IMG/VR virus record: IMGVR_UViG_3300027754_000003
Span: 34,061 to 98,060 of that record
Length of the DNA: 64,000 nt
Reading direction: 5' to 3' (one strand)
DNA from: a virus
The notes beneath the pieces are model-generated. The model saw nothing but the letters and a program-made list of their open reading frames with translations, did no database searches and was not told the origin of the DNA. Shown piece after piece: positions 27,335-36,477 of the stretch; positions within the stretch are counted from its first letter, which is position 1; every line of letters begins with the position of its first letter. The translations under genes were made by a program, and so were the position numbers.

Positions 27335-28795
27335 TTAGGAATCTATGTCTTTGATTATAGTCACGTTTGAGTTGGGTATGTGCGTAGAAATGTTTCTTGT
27401 GAAAACAACAAGGGTTCCAGGGGCTCCAGGGTTTCCACTAGCGCCAGGGTTTCCAGGGTTTCCAGAGTTTGCTGTCCCACCAGTACCACCTGGGTAGGTA
27501 GGGTTGTGATTTGCTACGGTTCCTGGGGTATGACCAGTGACGTTGTGGGTATTGGCGTTATGACCACTGACATTGTGGGTATTAGCGTTATGATTAGCGA
27601 CATCGTGGTGATTAGCGTTATGACCACTGACGTGGAAGTGGTTTGCATGGTGTCCATCTTGTGCAGCAACATGTTTTGTGTGTGAGTGACCTTTATGCGT
27701 TGGGTGACCAGCGTTATGCGCTGCGTTTCCTGCAGTATGGGCTGCTGGTCTATGGTGCGCTGGGTTATGGGTTTTTGGGGGAGTTGCACGAATAACGGTT
27801 GAAGCGTTATGAAGCGCTCCAAGGAAATGACTAGGGTTATGGTATGGGTTTCCAGGAACTGTATGTGGGTGTTGGTGGTTTGGGTTTGAATATGGATGAT
27901 TTGAAGCAGCAATATGCCACGCAATTGCTCCGCCTTCTGCATGATTTGCATAAGCCCCACTACCAGAATCATGGTGGTTTGCAGTAGCCCCACTACCAGA
28001 ATCTGAATGGTTTGCAGTAGCCCCAGTACCAGCATCCGTATGGTTTGCAGTCGCTGGGTTTAAGTTTGCAGTACCAGCAACTGTTGTTCCAGCATTTCCT
28101 GCTACTCCAGCATTTCCAGAAGTGCCAGAAGTACCCGATGCTCCAGTAGTTCCCTCGCTCACAAAAGTTCCACTCCCAGTAATGTTGTTTGCAACAATAA
28201 CCACTGAACCACCTGCTTGACCAAACGACCCACCAGTTCCCTTTAATCCCTTTGTCCCAGCAGTTCCAGCGTTTCCAGCAGTTGCGCCGCCTGCTGGTGA
28301 AGGAGCCGCTCCGCCTGGATTTGCAGTTCCGTCTGCTCCGTCTGCTCCGTCAGAACCAGCAGTTCCTTTTGTTCCAGGATACCAACGCTTAACTTGCAAC
28401 CCAGTTTGACGTACTCCATAAATAAGTGAGTCGTAATCATCAATAGAAGCAATAGATGCAATGCTTCCGTCAATAGCATCGGCAGAATTGTATCCAGCAG
28501 TCCCGTCATCACGAGTCATCACGCTTCCAGCAAGAACAGACGTTGTCTGCGAGGTTCCGCTTGGCATACCTACTGTGCCACTGTTAGCAAGCGTTCCTTT
28601 TACAAATATCTTAAATCCGTTTGTGAATAACGTAATTCCGCTATTTACAGTCAGGTTGTTGTAGTACATATCTCTAGAAATAGTTTGATTAGTAGATATG
28701 ACAACATTACCGTCAGCACCGTTTCCAAATAATTTTAACGCTCTGTCGTTTTGAGCAGTCTTGTTTGAAGGTTTGTTGAGTCTAATTTTTTTCAT
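27335..28795 (-). CDS. Gly-rich fibre-like protein with long His/Asn-rich repeat insert
   Basis: N-terminal G.DG domain shared with 28795-29529; Gly-X-Y runs; about 190 aa of ANH/HNAN repeats. Confidence 0.75.
   Translation of the reverse strand: MKKIRLNKPSNKTAQNDRALKLFGNGADGNVVISTNQTISRDMYYNNLTVNSGITLFTNGFKIFVKGTLANSGTVGMPSGTSQTTSVLAGSVMTRDDGTAGYNSADAIDGSIASIASIDDYDSLIYGVRQTGLQVKRWYPGTKGTAGSDGADGADGTANPGGAAPSPAGGATAGNAGTAGTKGLKGTGGSFGQAGGSVVIVANNITGSGTFVSEGTTGASGTSGTSGNAGVAGNAGTTVAGTANLNPATANHTDAGTGATANHSDSGSGATANHHDSGSGAYANHAEGGAIAWHIAASNHPYSNPNHQHPHTVPGNPYHNPSHFLGALHNASTVIRATPPKTHNPAHHRPAAHTAGNAAHNAGHPTHKGHSHTKHVAAQDGHHANHFHVSGHNANHHDVANHNANTHNVSGHNANTHNVTGHTPGTVANHNPTYPGGTGGTANSGNPGNPGASGNPGAPGTLVVFTRNISTHIPNSNVTIIKDIDS
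27531..27650 (-). repeat. Coding tandem repeat, about 4 x 30 bp (HNAN[TH]H[ND]VxG)
   Basis: tgaccagtgacgttgtgggtattggcgtta / tgaccactgacattgtgggtattagcgtta / tgattagcgacatcgtggtgattagcgtta. Confidence 0.8.
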
Positions 28796-29529
28796 TATCC
28801 AACCTGCATGTAATAGACAGTTCCACTAGCACAGCCAGTACCCCCAGTTACGTCTGTTGATACTGCTGCATTTAAACTTGAATCAGAAGAGATAATTAAG
28901 ACTACACCACCGCCACCGCCACCTGCTCCTGGAGTTCCAGGGGCAGAAATGTAAGCAGTGCCTGAAGTTACTGTAATGTACCTAGCAACGACCATAACAA
29001 CGCCACCACCTGCGCCAGCAGTTCCACCAGCGCCACCACGAAGAAATGTCGGGGTTGGACTAGCGGCAGATACCGCCCATCCTTTAACTGCTTGGAGTGG
29101 TTGTTGGTAATAGATAGAACTACCAAGGGCTGCTGTTGGGGCAGTGGCGGTTTGTGAGGCACTAGCACCACCAAGACTGTGAGTAACTGATGCCGATGTA
29201 CCCCCACCTTGTCCTAACGTGCCAGCAGTAGAATAACCAGTCGTATAACCGATTCTTGCTCCAGGACCAAGTGTTAGGACATTACGAACAAACAACCTAT
29301 AGCCGTTTGTTGACACGGTAATACCACCAGCAATAGTTAGGTTTGTATAAAACTTGTCCTCAGTCAAAGAAGTGTTAGCGGAAATTGTTGCATCACCGTC
29401 TGAGCCAGAACTGTAAATAGGGTCAGGAACATTAATGTAATCAACTACATCAGTCCATGTACTTGAGATTGTAGATGTACTTTCCGCAGTTGATATTGTC
29501 GTTCCATTTAAGCGAACGAACGATGCCAT
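28795..29529 (-). CDS. Gly-rich virion fibre/decoration protein
   Basis: GSDGDATIS, YTNLTI, TNGYRLFV, GGGGGG.V motifs. Confidence 0.7.
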   Translation of the reverse strand: MASFVRLNGTTISTAESTSTISSTWTDVVDYINVPDPIYSSGSDGDATISANTSLTEDKFYTNLTIAGGITVSTNGYRLFVRNVLTLGPGARIGYTTGYSTAGTLGQGGGTSASVTHSLGGASASQTATAPTAALGSSIYYQQPLQAVKGWAVSAASPTPTFLRGGAGGTAGAGGGVVMVVARYITVTSGTAYISAPGTPGAGGGGGGVVLIISSDSSLNAAVSTDVTGGTGCASGTVYYMQVG

Positions 29530-29891
29530 TACGACTCCTCAATACCAGTAAGGATAATATTTACTGCTGAGTTAGTACTTGCCGAACCAATGATTTGGTC
29601 GCTATTTGTAGCGTTTGCAGTGCTTCCGTTGTTGTTTAACACCAAAGATGTTGAAATGGTTACAGTTTCGTTTGCTGCTAAAGAAAGAACATTTAAGAAG
29701 TTTTGTGACGAAGCCTGAGCCACGTTGAGGGGTTTTAGCACCAAAGTAACTGTTACAGCACTACCAGTGGTGTTACATAGCAAGATTTGCTTGATGATTG
29801 TGGTAGTACTGATTGGCGTGGTGTACAGCACCGTTGATGTTGTCGTAGTCAACTGGGTTGGCCCAGAAAGACGTTTTTGGGTGACTGGCAT
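29529..29891 (-). CDS. Virion structural protein
   Basis: T.LYTTP....IIKQILLCN..., ends GIEES; paralog of 20505-20834. Confidence 0.65.
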   Translation of the reverse strand: MPVTQKRLSGPTQLTTTTSTVLYTTPISTTTIIKQILLCNTTGSAVTVTLVLKPLNVAQASSQNFLNVLSLAANETVTISTSLVLNNNGSTANATNSDQIIGSASTNSAVNIILTGIEES

Positions 29892-32410
29892 TACATAACC
29901 TCCATATAGAATCTTATTAAGTTATCACGAACTACATTACTATCTACCCAGGCAGTACCATTCCACAGTAACACTTCTCCAGTTGTAGGAGATGGGGCCG
30001 CCACATTACCAATATCGTCAAGAGCATTGATAGTAGGAATGCTGTCTGCAACCCATGCTGTTCCATTCCACTTAAGGAACTGACCACTTGATGGAGTTGC
30101 TGCCGAAACATCACCAATGTCATCAAGCGCATTAATTGTTGGTATTGCTGCTGGAACCCAGGCAGAAGAAGCAGAAACATACTTTAGGAAGTTTCCGTCT
30201 GCTGGTGATGGGACAGTAACATTGGACAGGTTATCCAGTGTTGCATTTAACGACACCGAAGCAGAAGAACCTTCACCTGGCGTATGTGAAACCGTAAGCC
30301 CAGTACCAGCAGTAATGTCTGACATATAGTTGCCAGTGGTTTGCGTACCAAGAGCAACAGTGTTATTTGGGAGAGTTACTGTTCCTGTAAATGTTGGCGA
30401 ATTTAAGTTTGCTTTAAGGTCAAGTGCTGTTTGTTGTGCAGTAGAAACTGGTTTTGCCGTGTCTGCGGTATTATCAACGGAACCAAGACCAACCATTGTT
30501 GCCGTAACACCAGAAACTGTTCCAGTAAAAGTTGGGGAAGCAATTGGTGCTTTAGTGTCAATCTGTGTTTGGATTGCAGATGTCACGCCATTCAGGTAAC
30601 CAATTTCCGTATCGGAAACATCTGTTACTCGTGCTTGAATCGTTGTGGTATCAACTGACAGCACATTGGATACTAGATTGATTCCACTCCCGTTAGTTAT
30701 TGTTTGTGCGGCGTTAAACGGGGCGTATGTGATGTTGTCAGTTCCAATAACAATTGGATTTGTAGCACTGTTATTTATATATCCGTACCCAGCGTTGGTG
30801 TTTCCACCCATAACAAAGCAGAAGTCTCCAGTAGCCAGTTCTCCAGACGGGTTATTGTCAGCGTCTGTTGCTCTTGTGACTACCCAAGGGGCGCTTACGC
30901 TACCGACTGCCGTAATGGTATAAATACCATTTTCTTTTGAATCGGTCTGCGACTTAACAAGAATTCTGTTTCCAACAACAACTGAGGCTCCATCAATAGT
31001 TCCAATTGAACCGTTTGTTGCTTTTGTAATTGTTGCACCAACACCGCTAGTTCCATTGTCATATGTGCCAGCGAGGTTGCCAATTGTTGCTGCAACTACT
31101 GCTGCATGAAAATTGATTCCAGCAGTCACATTATCTACATATTGTTTAGTAACTGCCTGAAGCGCTGATGATGGGTCTGCAGCAAGTGTCACCGTTCCAG
31201 TTGCAGTAATGTTTGCAAAAGTTACTGATGCACTTGTCCCAACTGCCTGCCCAATGGCTACAGTCGGAGTTGCTGTTTCCCCAGAGTTATTGGTAAGGGT
31301 TACACCCGTTCCAGCAACAAGAGATGCAACGTAATCACCAGTAGTCTTTGTTCCAAGAGCAACTGTGTTGTCTGGAAGAGTTACAACACCAGTAAAAGTT
31401 GGTGAAGCACTTGGGGCCTTAGTATCAATCTGTGTCTGAATAGCAGAAGTGACTCCGTCTAAGTAGCCAATTTCCGTATCGGTTACGTTAGCAACACGTT
31501 CTTGGATAACTGAGGTATTAACGGCAATTGCGCCTGTTCCGTCTGTATAAGTAAGACCAGTACCAACAGCGTTTCCAATAGCGTCTTGTGCTCGCTCGTC
31601 AGTAAAGTAAAGGGATGTTCCTTCGGCAATATCTGTCGTGGTTAAACCATCAGCGTAAGCAACAGCGTTAGTATATGCAGTTGATGCTGCACCAATAGCA
31701 TCATATGTTGCTGAAGCAGCATTAATTGCACGTAAATTAGTAAAATAACGGTTAGTTCCTTCTGGGACAGACGTTGTTGTTAGAGCAGAAAAACGACCAT
31801 CGGTATAGATAGTTGATTGACTAACTGCGCTAATTGTCGCAACAGAGGCACTTCCTACATGGTCATATGATGATATGGTTGCATCAATGGCCCGTTGATT
31901 TGTAAAGTATAGATTTGTATTTTCTGCAATGTCTGCCGTTGTAAGAACATCAATTGCTTCGTAAAGCGATTCTACTTCTCCCATTAGGGATGCTTGTATG
32001 GCATTTCCTGTTCCATATGCATCGTAAGCACTTGCACTTACTGCAATAGTGGGGGTGGAACCTTCACCTGAATTGTTTGTAATGGTCAGACCAGTACCAG
32101 CAACTAGTGACTCAACATAGTTACCAATGGTGTCAGTAGCAAGGTTTATGGCATCGTTATACCAAACAGATGAGGAGTTGTTATAACGGAGAAAATCACC
32201 TGCGGCTGCTCCCGTAATAGTTACATCAAGTAACTCTGCAAGTTTTGTGTCTTCATAAACAAAATAGTCAGTGCTGGACCAGTTAGCGCCAGTACCAATC
32301 TTCATCCTGCCACTGTCTGTTTCGTAGCAAAGTTCACCAGCAAGAAGTGCTGGGTTAGCACTAGTCCAGTTTGCTGCAGTATCTCTACGTATTTGGATTC
32401 TAGAAGCCAT
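29891..32410 (-). CDS. Long tail fibre protein with Mtd/hyaluronidase-type N-terminus
   Basis: RIQIRRDTAANWTSANP.L..GE..YETD..KIG.G; internal repeats (EIGYL.GVTSAIQTQID x2, N.YFT..RA x3, LDDIG.V x2); GGAGG SD before 32410. Confidence 0.85.
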   Translation of the reverse strand: MASRIQIRRDTAANWTSANPALLAGELCYETDSGRMKIGTGANWSSTDYFVYEDTKLAELLDVTITGAAAGDFLRYNNSSSVWYNDAINLATDTIGNYVESLVAGTGLTITNNSGEGSTPTIAVSASAYDAYGTGNAIQASLMGEVESLYEAIDVLTTADIAENTNLYFTNQRAIDATISSYDHVGSASVATISAVSQSTIYTDGRFSALTTTSVPEGTNRYFTNLRAINAASATYDAIGAASTAYTNAVAYADGLTTTDIAEGTSLYFTDERAQDAIGNAVGTGLTYTDGTGAIAVNTSVIQERVANVTDTEIGYLDGVTSAIQTQIDTKAPSASPTFTGVVTLPDNTVALGTKTTGDYVASLVAGTGVTLTNNSGETATPTVAIGQAVGTSASVTFANITATGTVTLAADPSSALQAVTKQYVDNVTAGINFHAAVVAATIGNLAGTYDNGTSGVGATITKATNGSIGTIDGASVVVGNRILVKSQTDSKENGIYTITAVGSVSAPWVVTRATDADNNPSGELATGDFCFVMGGNTNAGYGYINNSATNPIVIGTDNITYAPFNAAQTITNGSGINLVSNVLSVDTTTIQARVTDVSDTEIGYLNGVTSAIQTQIDTKAPIASPTFTGTVSGVTATMVGLGSVDNTADTAKPVSTAQQTALDLKANLNSPTFTGTVTLPNNTVALGTQTTGNYMSDITAGTGLTVSHTPGEGSSASVSLNATLDNLSNVTVPSPADGNFLKYVSASSAWVPAAIPTINALDDIGDVSAATPSSGQFLKWNGTAWVADSIPTINALDDIGNVAAPSPTTGEVLLWNGTAWVDSNVVRDNLIRFYMEVM

Positions 32411-32915
32411 TAGCATTTCCTCCGTCAATTGGTGACATATCAAAGGTACTACTTGCTGTACCACCGTCTAAATAGCCTGAAAAACCACCACCACCAATGT
32501 TGTCTTGGTTTACCCAGTTTGTGCCGTTATATGCAAGAACTTGCCCGTTAGCAGCAGTTGTAATAATAACATCTGATAGATCATCAATGGAGCCAACGGT
32601 GCTGGCAACACCTGGAATAAACTTAGTACCGTTAAACTTAAGTACTTGGTTGGTTGTAGCACCAGTTGGGTCAATTTCAATGTTGTCTACGTAGAGGATT
32701 GGCGCTTTGAAAGTGTCGTCTGTTTTAAGAACATTGGCAGAATCACGGTATAGGTTTACATCGCCAACAGCAGAACCATCTCCCCAAGTAAGTCGCCCAC
32801 CTGCTTCAACTTTTAAGCGAGCATATGTATCTTGGTCAACATAGACAGTTACAGCGTCAGAACCAGCAGATGATAATTGCTTAACGGTAATAGGTACTGT
32901 AAATTTTTGTGCCAC
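32400..32915 (-). CDS. Fibre/structural protein
   Basis: LYRDSANVLKTDD, LSDVIIT....GQVL.YNGTNW, DGG motifs. Confidence 0.7.
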   Translation of the reverse strand: MAQKFTVPITVKQLSSAGSDAVTVYVDQDTYARLKVEAGGRLTWGDGSAVGDVNLYRDSANVLKTDDTFKAPILYVDNIEIDPTGATTNQVLKFNGTKFIPGVASTVGSIDDLSDVIITTAANGQVLAYNGTNWVNQDNIGGGGFSGYLDGGTASSTFDMSPIDGGNANGF

Positions 32916-32963
32916 GACCTCAATCGCTTTCTATGTTGTGACTCCTCAGAGTCTGTTTGACTA

Positions 32964-34268
32964 TCAGCCAGTTACAACAATGGTGTAGTCGTTAGCCGAA
33001 ATAGTTCCGTACAAGACAACTGACACGGTGTCTGCGTTGGCACGGGTTACGTCACCAATTACCGTAGCACCAGTTGCTACTTCATAAACTTGTACAAGCA
33101 CATCAGACGTGTTGAAAAGGTGACTCACTGTTGTCGTGGAAACTCCAGTAGAAGAAGCCGCACAACCCTGCTTGGCAACACGAGCAAGTTTTGAAGCACT
33201 TGTTGTGGCAGTTCCAGCACTTGTCTTAATACCAAGGTTTGTGCGAGCACCAGCAGCGTCTGAAGCGCCAGTACCACCGTCTGCAACGGCAACGTCTGTA
33301 CCGTTCCAAACACCTGTGGTGATTGTACCGAGCGTGGTGATTGAGGACTGACCAACGTAAGTTGATGCAATGTCAATCGCATCAGCCGTAATTGCCGTGC
33401 GGTTTGCTGTGACGTTGACATTGATAGTGTTTCCGTCTTTTGAAAGACCATCACCTGAAGTGAATGAGCCAGCGCCAGAGAACTGAGTCCAAGCAATTGC
33501 GGTTGAATCAATGGTGATTGTTCCATTGGTGGATACAATAAATCCCTTGTCAGAGTTGGCTGAACCTTCTTCAACGAAGGTAAATGTTCCTGGCTTTAGT
33601 TCACCTGTGTCGGCTGTACCGTTAGCATCAGATGAGCGTGATGCTGCACCTGATGTTGTTGCTACGTAAATGCCGTTTTCAAGGGCAGTGCTTTGGTTCT
33701 TTACGAGAACACGATCACCAGCAACAAGTGTTACCCCGTCAATCGTGTCTCCAGCATTGAGGTCTGAAGCAAGGTTGATTGGGTCAGTTGTTGCAACTCT
33801 TACGGATTGCTTGACATCAAGACCTTGACGGGCAGCATCAACATAACCCTTAGTGGCAATGTGGTTAGAATCTGTTGGGGTAGCGACCTTTGCATTGCCG
33901 TTTCCATCACGTTTTACAAGTTTAGAAACTGTTGCATCTGAGGTTGCATCTGTGAGCATTTGCCACATTGCGGCTGGCAATAGACCAGCGCTGTCGGTGT
34001 CAGCAACATTGAGGGTAAGCGTGACAGTACCATTTGATTCTGATACGGTAAGGGCTTCAGCAATACCAGCACCACCACCAGAAACGATAGTGTGAGGGAG
34101 TGAAACAAACGCCGCACCCGTGTACACCTTAATGGTGTCGGTTGCAGTGTTGTAAATTAGGCGACCTTCAAAGTTACCCGATGAAGGGTCTGTGCCTAGT
34201 TTTTCAAAGGTGGCACTAATCAGTTGGTTCTGATTGAGGTCAATATTAGTTAGAAATTTTTGAGCCAT
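32964..34268 (-). CDS. Tail fibre-like protein
   Basis: ATKGYVD..QGLDVKQSVRVATT, GDRVLVKNQ....NGIY, VADGGTGAS.A..ARTNLG. Confidence 0.8.
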   Translation of the reverse strand: MAQKFLTNIDLNQNQLISATFEKLGTDPSSGNFEGRLIYNTATDTIKVYTGAAFVSLPHTIVSGGGAGIAEALTVSESNGTVTLTLNVADTDSAGLLPAAMWQMLTDATSDATVSKLVKRDGNGNAKVATPTDSNHIATKGYVDAARQGLDVKQSVRVATTDPINLASDLNAGDTIDGVTLVAGDRVLVKNQSTALENGIYVATTSGAASRSSDANGTADTGELKPGTFTFVEEGSANSDKGFIVSTNGTITIDSTAIAWTQFSGAGSFTSGDGLSKDGNTINVNVTANRTAITADAIDIASTYVGQSSITTLGTITTGVWNGTDVAVADGGTGASDAAGARTNLGIKTSAGTATTSASKLARVAKQGCAASSTGVSTTTVSHLFNTSDVLVQVYEVATGATVIGDVTRANADTVSVVLYGTISANDYTIVVTG

Positions 34269-34277
34269 GAAGAATCC

Positions 34278-34706
34278 TTACGTGAGGTAGGCGTAGCCTG
34301 AGAACGCTGATGAAAAGTTTACTACAATTTGTGAGGTGCTTGTATAACTGATTTCTCCGAATACAACCGTTTTTGCACTATCAACAATAGATACGGATGG
34401 GTAACCACCTAAAGAGTGGGTAATTGTCCATATTGTTGATGCTGTTCCTTGTGTATGCACATGGCGTGATGCCTTGGGATAAACAAGGTTAAGAACTTGG
34501 TTTGGCGAAATTCCTGTAATGCTGGCAGAAGCAGTTTCACCAGTAGTAACTGTGCCAATAGTTAGAACATTTGGGGGACCAGCAACACCAGGGTCGCTGA
34601 CAACTATGTCAACGGTTGAAGAGTTTACACTTAAGTTACCAAGAGCAGATTCGTCTACATAGACAATGCTGTCATCTGGACTAAGTACAAGGGTGTAATC
34701 AGGCAT
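34278..34706 (-). CDS. Virion structural protein
   Basis: LTIGTVTTG, HTQ.....WTITHSLG.YPSV, FSGYAYL. Confidence 0.65.
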   Translation of the reverse strand: MPDYTLVLSPDDSIVYVDESALGNLSVNSSTVDIVVSDPGVAGPPNVLTIGTVTTGETASASITGISPNQVLNLVYPKASRHVHTQGTASTIWTITHSLGGYPSVSIVDSAKTVVFGEISYTSTSQIVVNFSSAFSGYAYLT

Positions 34707-35412
34707 ACGGGTTAGTTGCCACCGAAGCGTCTACAACAATGGTTCCTGAAGCAATTCTGTCCCAATCTCCAGCGCTGTCTTGAACAAACAGGTCAAAGGT
34801 ATGCCTACCTGCAGGAATAGGGTTTTTATCCGAAATATGCATTTCTAAGGTAGTCCCAGTCTTTGGGGCCAAGTAACCACGTCTGTTAGCAGTGAGGGCA
34901 ATAATTGTTGCTTCGTTGGGGGCAGTTGAGTACCAACGCAAGTCAAGAGTCTTTACATTGTTAGCGTCTACTGCCTGAAGGTATGCATTAGAAACAACCT
35001 GAAGTACCCCAAGACTATCTTTCCACGTAAATGTTTTACGGAAATCCTGGTTTTGGGTCATACGGAGTTCCATTGATTGCGCCTCACTTCCATCGGTTAC
35101 TGTATTATTGGCTTCTACTGCAATAACTCCACTACTAATTTTGTAGTAAACACCGTCATACTCGGCTAAAACATCATACTCTAAGTCACCAATTGGTAAT
35201 TCAGCAGTTTCAGCAGCAGTAAGAGATAACATAATTTCACCAGAGCCAGTTATCTCCGCAGTAAGTTTTCTCTTAGAGTTACTAGTGGATTGTATTTGAG
35301 CCTTAACAGCAGTAGGAACCATCAACCGATGACGGGCTTTACTTTTGGTTACAAGGATACGGTAAAGGGGAAGACCCTGAGTAATGGTGTAATTAACAGT
35401 ACGAGCGCCCAT
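34699..35412 (-). CDS. BppU-like/baseplate-associated protein with two repeated domains
   Basis: I.QG, LSLTAAETA, YDV repeated in two halves; leaderless TACAAT upstream. Confidence 0.55.
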   Translation of the reverse strand: MGARTVNYTITQGLPLYRILVTKSKARHRLMVPTAVKAQIQSTSNSKRKLTAEITGSGEIMLSLTAAETAELPIGDLEYDVLAEYDGVYYKISSGVIAVEANNTVTDGSEAQSMELRMTQNQDFRKTFTWKDSLGVLQVVSNAYLQAVDANNVKTLDLRWYSTAPNEATIIALTANRRGYLAPKTGTTLEMHISDKNPIPAGRHTFDLFVQDSAGDWDRIASGTIVVDASVATNPYA

Positions 35413-35430
35413 CTACCTATTGTACCCCAA

Positions 35431-35745
35431 TTACTTTTTACCTTTACCTTTGCCACCAGTCTTCTTTGGGAAGTCGTGACCAATCTCAGCCATTTTTCTA
35501 CGTACAAGACTTTCCATGTTTTTTACGGCACGGTGGTCTGAAGGGGTACTAGCCATGTGGACAACCCCGTCACCTTTGATGCGAAGTTGGATGTGACCGC
35601 TTTGGGTCTTGTGACCCATCACAGGGGTGCTTCCTTGCCCTACACGGGACAACATCTCACGAAAGGGCTTGTCGGTGGTCAAACTACGGACACGGTCTTC
35701 ATTAAGAGCGTGTTGGTCCCAATTAAGATGCTCTTCTGTACCCAT
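35431..35745 (-). CDS. HicA-like (dsRBD-fold) small protein carrying the N-terminal EHLNWDQ peptide
   Basis: SGHIQL....GVV...STPSD.RA..N pattern. Confidence 0.5.
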   Translation of the reverse strand: MGTEEHLNWDQHALNEDRVRSLTTDKPFREMLSRVGQGSTPVMGHKTQSGHIQLRIKGDGVVHMASTPSDHRAVKNMESLVRRKMAEIGHDFPKKTGGKGKGKK

Positions 35746-35757
35746 GCATAGATTGTA

Positions 35758-36003
35758 CTACTCTCTAGGCATACGGTACGGGAGAATGTCCTCCATGCGC
35801 TTGAGGGCTTCATCAAACTCTTCTGGGGTGCTGAAGACACGGATTACGTGCATGCAAGGGTCAGCCCCATCTTCCATCTCGTTTTCTTCTTCGTCTGTGG
35901 TTGGGATACCATCGTGCATGTAACAGGTTGGATACAGACACCATTTGTTGTCAACCCCCATTGCCAACCATGTGTCAAAGTCAAGTTCTTCTTTGTTTGT
36001 CAT
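35758..36003 (-). CDS. Hypothetical protein with Cys/His motifs
   Basis: WC.YPTCYMHDG.P....DPCMH; AAGGA SD. Confidence 0.65.
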   Translation of the reverse strand: MTNKEELDFDTWLAMGVDNKWCLYPTCYMHDGIPTTDEEENEMEDGADPCMHVIRVFSTPEEFDEALKRMEDILPYRMPRE

Positions 36004-36013
36004 CTTTGTTCCT

Positions 36014-36172
36014 TTACTTCATTACGGATAGTGTTACCTGATATTCACCATACTCTGGCTGGTCAATCGCAGTAACCATGACTGAACTAAAGCCTTGGTT
36101 GTGAGCGAGTATAACAGCCTGTTCCTTTGCGTCAAGCATCTGAGGCGTATTTATTGTGTAGGTGATTACCAT
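36014..36172 (-). CDS. Small hypothetical protein, 52 aa (not in ORF track)
   Basis: MVITYTINTPQMLDAKEQAVILAHNQGFSSVMVTAIDQPEYGEYQVTLSVMK; TAGGAT 6 nt upstream. Confidence 0.55.
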   Translation of the reverse strand: MVITYTINTPQMLDAKEQAVILAHNQGFSSVMVTAIDQPEYGEYQVTLSVMK

Positions 36173-36187
36173 ATCTAAATCCTATCG

Positions 36188-36340
36188 TCAGTAGTCGTAC
36201 TTTGAAAACTTCTTTATCTTCTTTTTTTCTTTGCGGTCATTTGAAGATTTGCGGTTTTCTTTATGAATGTGGTAATCCTCGTACGACTCATCCTCTTCAT
36301 CGGGAAACTGCGAACTTAGATTATTATTTTTTTGGTTCAT
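36188..36340 (-). CDS. Small charged protein, 50 aa, with NLSSQF peptide (not in ORF track)
   Basis: MNQKNNNLSSQFPDEEDESYEDYHIHKENRKSSNDRKEKKKIKKFSKYDY. Confidence 0.55.
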   Translation of the reverse strand: MNQKNNNLSSQFPDEEDESYEDYHIHKENRKSSNDRKEKKKIKKFSKYDY

Positions 36341-36455
36341 CTGTTTTACGGAACAACTCGGAAAGTCGCTGTTCTACACGAGCATCACGGGTTGTAACCA
36401 ATTCACGGAAGCGTTGCTTACCGTATTCTCCTAAACCATTTTGAAAGTCTGTCAT
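36324..36455 (-). CDS. Small hypothetical protein, 43 aa (not in ORF track)
   Basis: MTDFQNGLGEYGKQRFRELVTTRDARVEQRLSELFRKTDEPKK; TATGGT 7 nt upstream. Confidence 0.45.
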   Translation of the reverse strand: MTDFQNGLGEYGKQRFRELVTTRDARVEQRLSELFRKTDEPKK

Positions 36456-36477
36456 GTCCCCTACCATAGCAGTTTTG

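Noticed and set aside
27531-28050. 30-bp and 33-bp tandem repeats as a CRISPR array
   Set aside because: Units are contiguous, in frame and degenerate at codon third positions, with no unique spacers and no cas genes; they encode the His-rich repeats
32230-32410. Mtd-like N-terminus as evidence for a diversity-generating retroelement
   Set aside because: Only the common N-terminal fibre module matches; no reverse transcriptase or TR/VR pair was seen in the window
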